Positions 23,382 through 35,200 of a stretch of 64,000 bases of DNA are shown here, in pieces. A program made the translations under genes and the position numbers. The stretch comes from Hypanus sabinus (taxonomy: Eukaryota): positions 22,940,001 to 23,004,000 of the forward strand of contig NC_082720.1 in the NCBI RefSeq assembly GCF_030144855.1, given 5' to 3'. Below the pieces are notes generated by a model. The model was not told where the DNA came from, ran no database searches, and saw only the letters and a program-made list of their open reading frames with translations. Position 1 is the first letter of the stretch; every line of letters begins with the position of its first letter.

Positions 23382-25135
23382 TTCAAGACTGAAGTCAATG
23401 TCATTTGTTGGTGAGGAGTAAAGGATTGTTCAATCTCTATCCAACTGTGAAGACGCTTAATGGTGGCACAAGAGTCTCTGAACTGCAAATTGTAGACACA
23501 ATTATACTTTATTCAATCATGTTCTAATAGGCATTAACACTGGGAGTGATACTGGTGCTGTGGTCAAACCTGGTACTCGGGCTGCCTATACCAGATGTCT
23601 GGTGCACTTCCCAGGCAGCTCACAGGTAAAGGTGAGATGAAGATCAGACCCCAGTAATTGGGAGGGACCAAATGATAGATGTACAGAAGAAAGGGCAAGT
23701 AGATGGGGAGGAAGTGGAAGATGGGGAAGTGATTGGAAGAATGGAGTGTGAGTACGGGTGAGCAGGGAAAATGTACCGTGATAATGACCAGAAAAGAGAT
23801 GAACAGAAATAACAGAACAAAACTGATCTCCCTAGCCGGGAAATTCAGTTACTTTTTCATGCAGAACAATTGTAAACAAATGTAATGCAGGGAATGATAA
23901 TGAGTTATATTGCATCATTAAAGGTAAAAAGAAATCAGGCAGACAGAATTGAAGATAACACCAAAGAATGGAAGTATTAGGATGACAATTTAGAGAGGAA
24001 TCAGTGTGATTTCAAGAAAAAGATGCTCAGTGTCCCAGAATCCAGGTTGCAGGTATATATTCACTCTATCTCAGATTGCTACTCCTCCAGCTTATGAGAA
24101 GCAATGATAAGTGAGCAGTTTCCAGACAATGAGGGGAATTGTATGAACAATGGGTGATGCAAAGTTCAGATGTATTCTGACCAAATTGACCACTAATGTG
24201 TTCAAACAATGAATCTATCATGGACTCTCCAGACATATTTACTCCATTGAAGAGTGAGAGAAGGGTGTTGTGAATTGCTATCTGTGACTCCTTTTGTCAT
24301 TGTTCATTGTTCCCTTTCTTTGGGAAGTATGTCCTTCGTTGTTAAGAAACCAAAACTCTCCACTACCTTCCCTGTGCCGTCTTGCTAAGACTCTGTACAA
24401 CTACAGTATGACTCCGTTACTCCAAAGTTCAAAGCTTCGAACAATAAATGGTAACATATTATTTGCACCTGTACTGTAGCTTGAAGAGATGTGTGTATCA
24501 TCACACCTTGTTTCTAATGTTCTGCACCACACAATCACTAAGCATTTAAGAAAAACTGCTTTTACAATATTGGTACTAAAATGGATGATCTCCCATATTT
24601 CTTCATTGTGTTCCATCTGCCACGTTCTTGTCATCTCACTGAGCTTGTTGATAAAACATTGCTGACATGTTTCCACAAGGTGATAAAATCAGGATTACTT
24701 CCATTTGTGTCACTGATTTGTTTACCTTGTTGCAAATGCTATGAACAGACACAGTACCTTTAATATTGTCATATTAAGGCATTTCTGTACTGTCATCATT
24801 TTGATTATTATTAACAACAAGAAACTAACTCAATTCCTAGCCAATAAGTAATCAAATTAATAAATCTACAATCATGCTCTATATCTGATCATCACCACAT
24901 ACCTGTCTGTGGAAAGAACTTCCCCAATTACTGCTCTGTGCGAAAAACACTTTATAAAATGCAAGCCTTACTTTTACTCTAACTGCAAACATTCCCAGCC
25001 TGCTTTATGCAAATATCTTGACAAAATTTTAAGGTACTAAAGATAAACATTTCAATTAAAATCAATTGCAAGGCATACTTGATAACTTTTATCACCAACC
25101 ATTCAGTTTATCCAAACAAAAAGAAATTAATTTCA

Positions 25136-28100
25136 TGTTGCGTACTCATGACACATGACAGTGGTGCCCTTGTCATGTGACTGGGGTTGATGTTATACTG
25201 GACTTGAGGTAATGGTCTTGTGATGGTGGAGTGACGTCATTTTCCTGCCAGTAGAGATCATGTGACAGGTTTTTTTTACAGGTTATAAAAGGTAGACCCC
25301 ACCCTGTGAGGAGGGGCAGGTCGTGGCTGGATTTGCCAGGTTGACTTCATGCCACTGCGTGTTTTAAGTGATGACACAGTTTAGTTGAAAGATGAAGTTT
25401 TATTTAATGCCTAAAGTTTAAGAGGTCTTTGCCAGCAGGTTCTTTATGATTCTGCTAGTTCGAGGAAATTAGTGGAGAGTGAAGATCGAAGTTCGGAAGT
25501 TAAAGATCGAGGAGAATTGCTTTCTACGGTGAAACGGGGGCGACCTTTGTTTGATCCTTATTTGGAAGGATTTCGTTGACTATCCTCGTGTTAATCCCTG
25601 GGTTTAACCAGAAAGGTAGTGGAGAAGGAAAGGTCAGTGCCTTTAAGCCGTTCTGTTTCGTAAATTTTTCGTGGGAAGTTCGACGTCAGGGATTGAAGCC
25701 AAGCGACGTGAAAGAGAAATTAAATCGTCTTATAAAGTCTCTCCTTTTAAATGGCCTGTGAGCATATCGAACTTTTGGCAATACCACTTTAAAAAACTGT
25801 TTTTGCAATATCACTTAAAGAACTGTTTTTGCAATATCACTTTAAGAACTGTTTGGGCTGCCGCACCGCAGCTGTTTCCGGTTGCGTTAGTGTTTGTTTA
25901 CTTTTGGGGGGTTTGTTTTCTGTGTTTAATAAATGTGTTGTTTGTTATAAGAAACCCTTGCCGAACTCATATATTTATTGTTGCCTGAATACGTAACATT
26001 AAATATGGGGGCTCGTCCGGGATTGGATCGTTTGGTTTAAATGCTTGCTGACTTTTGAATCTGTGTTTTGGAAAAGGGGATTACTCAGTTCTTTTGTTTG
26101 GCTTGTGGTATTCGGCAGCAATGAATATTGATGAGTTTCTGGCTTCGCCAGCTACGGAGGTGTTGGCGAAGGCGAAAAAAACTGAGGTGTTTGAGATAGC
26201 TAGTAGATTGTAACTTAAGGGTATTTTGCAGACTACATCTAAGGCTGTGATACAGAGAAAAATTGCGTCACACTATGTGGTCTTGGGTGTTTTTGATGAT
26301 TCGATTTTAGAGTCGTTTCCAATAAGTAATCTGGAGATGCAGCTGCAAATCGAACAAATTAAATTGGAACAAAGTAAAGCTGATTTGGAGAGGTGTAAAT
26401 TGGAGGTGGAACAAAAGCAGAGAGAATTTGCATATGCAATGGAGGAATTAAAGTCTGGGATCAGTCTTCTGAACCGTTTGTTGCTAGTCAAGAAATTAAA
26501 TTGGTCCCTCCATTTAGTGAAACAGAAGTGGAAAGGTATTTTCAACATTTTGAAACTATTGCTCGGATGTCGGAGTGGCCGAAAGATAAATGGTCAGTGT
26601 TGTTACAGAGTCTAATTAAAGACAAAGCACAACAAGTTTACACAGCTTTAACGGCTGCGCAAGCACTTGATTATGATATTGTAAAGAGGCATATCTTAAA
26701 CGCATATGAGTTAGTCCCAGATGCATATGGGGAAAGATTCAGAAGTTTGAAAAAGTCCGTGGAAAATACTTATGTGGAATTTGCCTATGATAAAGCTCTG
26801 TGTTTTGAGAGATGGGTTTCTTCTAAAAATGTAAATGGGGACTATGATACATTGAGAGAGCTGATTTTAATGGAGGAATTTAAAAGAAGCACTCCTGTTG
26901 AAGTAAGGACCTACTTAAATGAGAAGGATACTGATAAATTGCAGGACTGTGCTAGATTAGCTGATGAGTATGTTTTAATCCATAAGAATAAATTTCCTCA
27001 GGGCAGAATTTTTAAGAGGAAAAGTAACATGGAGACTCCAGGTAAATCTGAAATTAAATCAGAGGTTAATGAGAAAGTTGATGAGAAAGGAAAGCCTGTG
27101 AAGGAAAGACAGTTTGGTCTTATTTGTAACTATTGTAAGAAGCCTGGCCATGTAATAGTTAACTGCTTCAAATTGAAAAAGAAAGAGAAGGAAGCAGTTC
27201 CGGATGCTTCTGTGCAACATACTGAAGCACCTGTAAAGTTACAGGGTTTGATAAACACAAATGAGGCTTTGTTAGAGTCTGATCAGGTTAAAAAGGGATA
27301 TGATCATTTTATAACTGAAGGGTTTGTATCCTTGAAAGAAGGATCTACTCTGGTGCCAATAAAAATCCTTAGGGATACTGGTGCTTCTCAATCACTGATG
27401 TTAGACAGTGTGTTGAAGTTTAATGAAGAGTCTGATACTGGTGAGGTAAATTATATAAGAGGTGTTGGGAGTGATTTTATACCTGTACACTTACATAAAG
27501 TAAATTTAAAGTCAGGGTTAGTTACAGGATTTGTTAAAGTAGGATTACAGCATAGCTTACCTATGAAGGGTATTTATTTATTGTTAGGTAATGACTTGGC
27601 AGGTGGACAAGTTTTTCCTGAAGTGCATTTGACAATAGAGTCAGAGGAACCAGAGTTGAATTCGAACACAGATTCTTCCTGTGTTGTGACTAGAGCTATG
27701 GCTAAAAAGATTGATGTGCAGAATGAGGTTGTTACTCAGGACTGTTCAACTCAGGATTCGAGTTTTGAGGATGTGTCAGAGACTTTCTTATCTTCGTTGT
27801 TTGAACAAGACTCTTGGAGTAAGTCTGACTTTATCTTTGTCTTTGTCTCGGAAGGAGATGATAGCAGAGCAGAATAGAGACTCTAAGATTATACAATCAC
27901 GAGAGCAGGTTTTACTAGATAGTGAAATTGATAAGGTGCCAGTAGGATATTACTTGGAAAAAGGAGTGTTGATGAGGAAGTGGAGATCACCTACAATTCC
28001 TGCAAGTGAGGATTGGAATGTTGTTTACCAGGTAGTTGTTCTGAAAGTTTATCAAAATGAGATTTTGACTTTAGCTCATAGTTTGCCTTTAGGTGGACAT

Positions 28101-31100
28101 CAAGGGTTAAGGAAAACTGTGGACAAGATTTTAAAACATTTTTACTGGCCTGGTCTAAGAAAAGATGTGGCGATGTTTCGTAAAACGTGCCATACTTGTC
28201 AAATTGTGGGTAAACCAAATCAGGTTACACCAGTAGCTCCATTACAGCCTATCCCAGCATTTGGTGAACCATTTTCTAAAGTTATTGTAGATTGTGTTGG
28301 TCCATTACCAAAGACAAAAACTGGTTATCAGTATTTGTTGACTATCATGTGTACTTCATCTAGGTTTCCAGAGGCAGTACCACTTAGGAATATAAAAGCT
28401 AGAACTGTGACAAAGGCCCTTATAAATTTCTTTACTTATTTTGGATTACCTAAGGAGATACAAACTGATCAAGGCAGTAATTTTATGTCTGGATTGTTTC
28501 AACAGATAGTTTATAAATTGGGAGCTAAGCAAATTACTTCGTCTGCATACCATCCAGAATCGCAGGGTGCCTTGGAGAGGTTTCATTCTACCCTCAAGAA
28601 TATGATTAGGACATTTTATGTGGAAAATGAAAGTGACTGGAATGAGGGTATAAACTTACTTTTACTTGTAGTAAGGGAATCGGTACAGGAATCTTTAGGT
28701 TTTAGTCCATTTGAACTTGTGTTTGGGCATAGAGTTAGAGGACCTTTAGCTTTATTGAAAGAACAGTGGATTAGTAAGGATGTACACACTAATTTGTTGG
28801 ACTATGTTTTGAAATTTAAGGACATGTTTCATAAAGCTTGTAGCTTAGCTAAGGAAAATTTAAAATTGGCTCAGGAGAAAATGAAGACTTGGTATAATAA
28901 AGAAGCTCGGATGAGGATGTTTAAGCCTGGAGATAAGGTGTTGGTTCTTTTCCAGTGCAGACAAATCCTTTACAAGCTAGATTTCATGGTCCTTATGAAA
29001 TTGTGTCTAAAATCAATGATGTGGATTACGTGATAAAAACTCCAGATCGTAGACGGTCAACACAACTTTGCCATATAAATATGTTGAAACCATATTTTGA
29101 GAAACAATCTGATACTGTGACTGTTGTGGTTAGTGAGAGTGAGTTTGATTTAACTAGGAACATGATAGATGATTCATCTGACTTTCATTTTAAATCCAGC
29201 ATTGTTTCTGCTAGGTTACCCAATTCAACCATTCTGGAAAATATTGATGAGAAATTAGAACATTTACAGTTAGAGCAGAGACAACAGATGAAGGCATTAA
29301 TTTTTAAATATAAGGAGTTGTTTCCAGATGTTCCGAGAAGGACTACTATAGCTTCACATGATGTAGATGTTGGAGATGCCAAACCTATTAAACAACATCC
29401 ATATAGGATGAACACAGAAAAATGTGAACTTGCTGAGAAAGAAATTGAATATATGTAAGAGAATAATATCATTAGACATTCTAACTCGAATTGGAGTTCG
29501 CCATGTGTTATGGTGCCAAAACCAGATGGTAGTATTAGGTTTTGTACGGATTATAGGAAGCTGAATGTTGTAACGAAAAAAGATGCATATCCAATTCCTA
29601 GAGTAGATGATTGTGTAGATAAAGTTGAAAAAGCAAAGTTCCTTACAAAGCTTGATTTATTGAAAGGGTATTGGTGTGTTCCATTAATGGTCAGAGGTAG
29701 AGAGATTTCTGCATTTGTAACTCCATCTGGGTTATATGAGTATAATGTTCTTCCATTTGGGGTGAAGAATGCCCCAGGTACTTTCCAGAGGATGATTAAC
29801 TTTGTGATTCAGGGATTGAAAGATACTGATGCTTATATTGATGATTTAGTGACAGGAATTGATACTTGGGAAGTACACATTATTGCGATGGACAAATTGT
29901 TTGAAAGGCTTTCAAAAGCTAACTTAACTATTAATTTAGCTAAGAGTGAATTTGGACATGCCACTGCGACTTACCTTGGTTATGTTGTGGGTCAAGGTAA
30001 GGTAGCTCCTGTTCAGGCAAAAGTTCAGGCAATTTTAGAGATTCCCACTCCAATGGGGAAAAAGACTCTCAGAAGGTTTTTGGGAATGGTAGGATATTAT
30101 AAGAAATTTTGTAAGAATTTTGCTAATGTTGCCCTTCCATTAACTAACCTTCTTCAGAAGAATAAGAAGATTGTATGGACGGTGCCTTGTCAAGAAGCAT
30201 TTGAAAAATTGAAAACAATGATATGTCAACAACCTGTGCTTAAGGCACCTGACTTTGGAAAACCTATTTCATTGGCTGTGGATGCTAGTGATGAGGCTGC
30301 AGGAGCAGTATTAATGCAAAGGAATGAGGGTGATGAGGTTGATCATCCAGTAGCTTAATTTTCTAAGAAATTTAATAAGCATCAAAGAAACTATTCGACA
30401 ATAGAGAAAGAATTGTTATCTCTTGTTTTAGCTTTGGAATATTCTGAGGTATATGTTGGTTCAACTCAAAAACCACTTATTGTTTACACTGATCATAATC
30501 CGTTAGTTTTTCTGAGTAAGACGAAAAACAAAAACAGAAGATTATTAAATTGGACTTTGATGTTACAAGAGTACAATATTGTGATAACTCATATTAAAGG
30601 TAAAGATAATGTGGTTGCTGATTGTCTATCTCGATGTTGAATGTTGTAATTTTTTTTATGGAGTGGTTTTTTTTCAAATGTAACACTCCTACTGTATTGT
30701 GAGTTATAAGCTGTTATATGATGGTGTTGTGTATTGTATATGTTATAAAATTTATACCTTTGTCTTTCTTGTAAGCAATTGTTAAAATTTTTGTTCTTGT
30801 CAGACCAAAAATGTTTTTTTGGAGGGAGGTGTTACATACTCGTGACACATGGCAGTGGTGCCCTTGTCATGTGACTGGGGTTGAAGCTATACTGGACTTG
30901 AGGTAATGGTCTTGTGATGGTGGAGTGACATCATTTTCCCGCCAGTAGAGATCATGTGACAGGTTTTTTTTACAGGTTATAAAAGGTAGACCCCACTCTG
31001 TGAGGAGGGGCAGTTCGTGGCTGGATTTGCCAGGTTGACTTCATGCCACTACGTGTTTTAAGTGATGACGCAGTTTAGTTGAAAGATGAAGTTTTATTTA

Positions 31101-31675
31101 ATGCCTAAAGTTTAAGAGGTCATTGCCAGCAGGTTCTTTACGATTCTGCTAATTCGAGGAAATTAGTGGAGAGTGAAGATCGAAGTTTGGAATTTAAAGA
31201 TCGAGGAGAATTGCTTTCTACGGTGAAACGGGGGCGAACTTTGTTTGATCCTTATTTGGAAGGATTTCGTTGACTATCTTCGTGTTAATCCCTGGGCTTA
31301 ACCAGAAAGGATTGAAGGTAGTGGAGAAGGAAAGGTCAGTGCCTTTAAGCCGTTCTGTTTCGTAAATTCTTCGTGGGAAGTTCGACGTCGGGGATCGAAG
31401 CCAAGCGACGTGAAAGAGAATTTAAATCGTCTTATAAAGTCTCTCCTTTTAAATGGACTGTGAGCATATTGAACTTTTGGCAATACCACTTTAAAGAGCT
31501 GTTTTTGCAATATCACTTTAAGAACTGTTTGGGCTGCCGCACAGCAGCTGTTTCCGGTTGTGTTAGTGTTTGTTTACTTTTGGGGGGGTTTGTTTTCTGT
31601 GTTTAATAAATGTGTTGTTTGTTATAAGAAACCCTTGCCGAACTGATATATTTATTGTTGCCTGAATATGTAACA
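25136..31675 (+). mobile_element. Full-length defective Gmr1-type Gypsy (gag-PR-IN-RT-RH order)
   Basis: LTRs 25136-25998 and 30830-31675; tRNA-Pro PBS TGGGGGCTCGTCCGGGAT at 26006-26023; PPT 30821-30829; TSD ttca/atca. Zinc knuckle CNYCKKPGHVIVNC, protease LRDTGAS, integrase (27711-29033) placed before RT YIDD (29510-30358). Several stops and frameshifts. Confidence 0.95.
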
Positions 31676-31729
31676 ATCAGAGTTGTAAATAAGCAACATC
31701 ATTTCCATGGTGCATAATATTGCACTTAC

Positions 31730-31756
31730 TTGTGGTTAACAGAACTGGGTGTTTGA
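31730..31756 (-). CDS. Candidate 27-nt stalk micro-exon of gene C
   Basis: Acceptor gtttcttctgttacacag, perfect GTAAGT donor, phase 1-1, open reading (V)KHPVLLTT. No transcript evidence. Confidence 0.3.
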
Positions 31757-32242
31757 CTGTGTAACAGAAGAAACATTACATTTATTCTTCAATTTTCAAT
31801 GATTGAATGAAATTTTTTTTTTACTTACTTCAGACTTTTACAACTGGTAGAAAAGTTTCGGGACAACAGGTAGATAGTGAGCATTTGAGGATCTTTAAGC
31901 TGCCTCTGTTAGACATGATTACAGTACACTGGTTTGGGGTTAATTCACCAATGTGCAATGGTTAATAGAGAAAACAGTGGTGGAATAAGCTTGGGTTGGG
32001 ATGCTGCAGGTGGTTGGGCTCCACAGTCAGAGGGTTGGACTCTTCTTTTCATAACGTATATCAATGACTTAGCTCAAGGACAACATTTCCAAGGTTTAAG
32101 TATAAATAATTAACTGTGTGAGATTTACAGAGAATGCAAGGAGAAATCAGCACAAATGGGAGGGCTGGCTACATAGACAAGGACATGATGAATGGAATAT
32201 AATGTGGTGAAATGTGACATTATCCACTTCAGTAGGAATATT

Positions 32243-35200
32243 TGTTATGTATTCAGGCAACAATAAATATATGAGATCGGCAAGGATTTTTATAACAAAA
32301 AACACGTTTATTAAACACTGAAACAAACCCCCCAAAAGTAAACAAACACTAACGTAACCGGAAACAAGCTGCTGTGCGGCAGCTTAAACAGTTCTTAAGA
32401 CAGTGTTGCAAAAACAGTTCTTTAAAGTAGTATTGCCAAAAGTTCGCAATGCTCATGGTCCATTTAAGGGAGAGACTTTTTAAGATGATTTAAATTCTCT
32501 TTCATGTCGCTTTGCTTCAGTCCCTGACGTCGAACTTTTCCCACGAAGAATTTATGAAACGAAACGACTTAAAGGCAGTGACCTTTCCTTTATCACACTG
32601 TCCTCAATCTTCTGTTATCCCGCAGAGATTAACACGAGAACAGTCAATGAATTCCTTTCAAATAAGGATTAAATAAGATCGAACCCATTTCACCGTCGAA
32701 AATAGATTCTCCTCGATCTTTAACTCCCGAACTTCGATCTTCACTCTCCACTGATTTCTGAACTAGCAGTATTATAAAGAAACTGCTGGCAATGACCTTT
32801 TAAACTTTAGGCATTAGATAAAACTTCATCTTTCAACTAAACTGCGTCATCACATTAAATCACGCAGTGGCATGAAGTCAACTTGGCAAATCCAGCCACG
32901 AACTGCCCCTCCACACAGGGTGGGGTCTTCTTTTATAACCTGTAAAAAAAACCTGTCGCATGATCCCTACTGGCGGGAAAATGACGTCATTCCACCATCA
33001 CAAGACCATTACCTCAAGTCCAGTATAGCTTCAACCCCAGTCACGTGACAAGGGTACCTCTGTCATGTGTCACAAGTACGTAACACCTCCCTCCAAAAAA
33101 AACATTTTTGGTCTGACAAGAACAAAAATTTTTAACAATTACTTACAAGAAAACAAATGTATAAATTTTATAACATACATAATTTACAATACTATCATAT
33201 AACAGCTTATAACTCACAATACAGTAGGAGTGTTACAATTGAAAAAAATAACTCGATAAAAAAATTGTATACATTCAACATCGAGATAGACAATCAGCAA
33301 CCACATTATCTTTACCTTTAAAATGAGTTATCACAATATTGTACTCTTGTAACATCAAACTCCAATTTAATGATCTTCTGTTTTTCGTCCTACTCAGAAA
33401 AACTAACGGATTATGATCAGTCTAAACAATAAGTGGTTTTTGAGTTGTACCAACATATACCTCAAAATATTCCAAAGCTAAAACAAGAGATAACAATTCT
33501 TTCTCTATTGTCGAATAGTTTTTTTGATGCTTATTAAATTTCTTAGAAAATTAAGCTACTGGATGATCAACCTCATCACCCTCATTCCTTTGCATTAATA
33601 CTACCATCTGGTTTTGGCACCATAACACATGACAAACTCCAATTTGAGTTAGAATGTCTAATGATATTATTCTCTAACATATATTCAATTTCTTTCTCAG
33701 CAAGTTCACATTTTTCTGTGTTCATCCTATATGGATGTTGCTTAATAGGTTTGGCATCTCCAACATCTACATCATGTGAAGCTATAGTAGTCCTTCTCGG
33801 AACATCTGGAAACAACTCCTTATATTTAAAAATTAATTCCTTCATCTGTTGTTTCTGCTCTAGCTGTAAATGTGCTAATCTCTCATCAATATTTTCTGGA
33901 ATGGTTGAATTTGGTAACCCAACAGAAACAATGTTGGATTTAGATTGAAAGTCAGATGAATCATTTATCATGTTCCTAGTTAAATCAAACTCACTCTCAC
34001 TAACCACAACAGTCGCAGTATCAGATTGTTTCTCAAAATATGGTTTTATCATATTTATATGGCAAAGTTGTGTTGACCTTCTATGATCTGGAGTTTTTAT
34101 CACGTAATCCACATCATTGATTTTAGACACAATTTCATAAGGACCATGAAATCTAGCTTGTAAAGGATTTGTCTGCACTGGGAAAAGAACCAACACCTTA
34201 TCTCCAGGCTTAAACATCCTCATCCTAGCTTCTTTATCATACCAAGTCTTCATTTTCTCCTGAGCCAATTTTAAATTTTCCTTAGCTAAGCGACAAGCTT
34301 TATGTAACCTGTCCTTAAATTTCAACACATAGTCCAACAAACTAGTGTGTACTTCCTTACTGATCCACTGTTCTTTCAATAAAGCTAAAGGTCCTCTAAC
34401 TCTATGCCCAAACACAAGTTCAAATGTACAATCTGTTGAAACAATCCAGACATAAAATTACTGCCTTGATCAGTTTGTATCTCCATAGGTAATCCAAAAT
34501 AAGTAAAGAATTTTATAAGAGCCTTTGTCACAGTTTTAGCTTTTATATTCCTAAGTGGTACTGCCTCTGGAAACCTAGACGAAGTACACACGATAGTCAA
34601 CAAATACTGATAACCAGTTTTTGTCTTTGGTAATGGACCAACACAATCTACAATAACTTTAGAAAATGGTTCACCAAATGCTGGAATAGGTTGTAATGGA
34701 GCTATTGGTGAAACCTGATTTGGTTTACCCACAATTTGACAAGTATGGCATGTTTTACAAAACATCACCACATCTTTTCTTAGACCAGGCCAGTAAAAAT
34801 GTTTTAAAATCTTGTCCACAGTTTACCTTACCCCTTGATGTCCACCTAAAGGCACACTATGAGCTAAAGTCAAAATCTCATTTCGATAAACTTTCGGGAC
34901 AACTACCTGGTAAACAACATTCCAATCCTCACTTGCAGGAATTGTAGGAGATCTCCACTTCCTCATCAACACTCCTTTTTCCAAGTAATATCCTACTGGC
35001 ACCTTATCAATTTCACTATCTAGTAAAACCTGCTCTCGCGATTTTATAATCTTAGAGTCTCTATTCTGCTCTGCTATCATCTCCTTTCGAGACAGAGATA
35101 AATCTTCATAGTCAGACTTACTCGAAGAATCTTGTTGAAACAACGAAGATAAGAAAGTCTCTGACAAATCCTCAAAACTCGAATCCTGAGCTGAACAGTC

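Noticed and set aside
24040-24100. Acceptor with ...AI*DRVNIYLQP, reminiscent of the TIM cytoplasmic ENIY motif (paralog at about 14530)
   Set aside because: In-frame stop in one copy and frameshifts in the other; the similarity is too weak.
24903-24935. 33-nt or 28-nt micro-exon candidate with a GTATGT donor
   Set aside because: The phase-1 reading stops after two codons, and the alternative acceptor shifts phase with no matching downstream exon.
26006-26023. tRNA-Pro-complementary sequence
   Set aside because: It is a retrotransposon primer-binding site, not a tRNA gene. No tRNA, rRNA or CRISPR array was seen in the window.
31829-31843. 15-nt micro-exon candidate with a GTAAGT donor
   Set aside because: Contains TGA in the phase required by the V exon.
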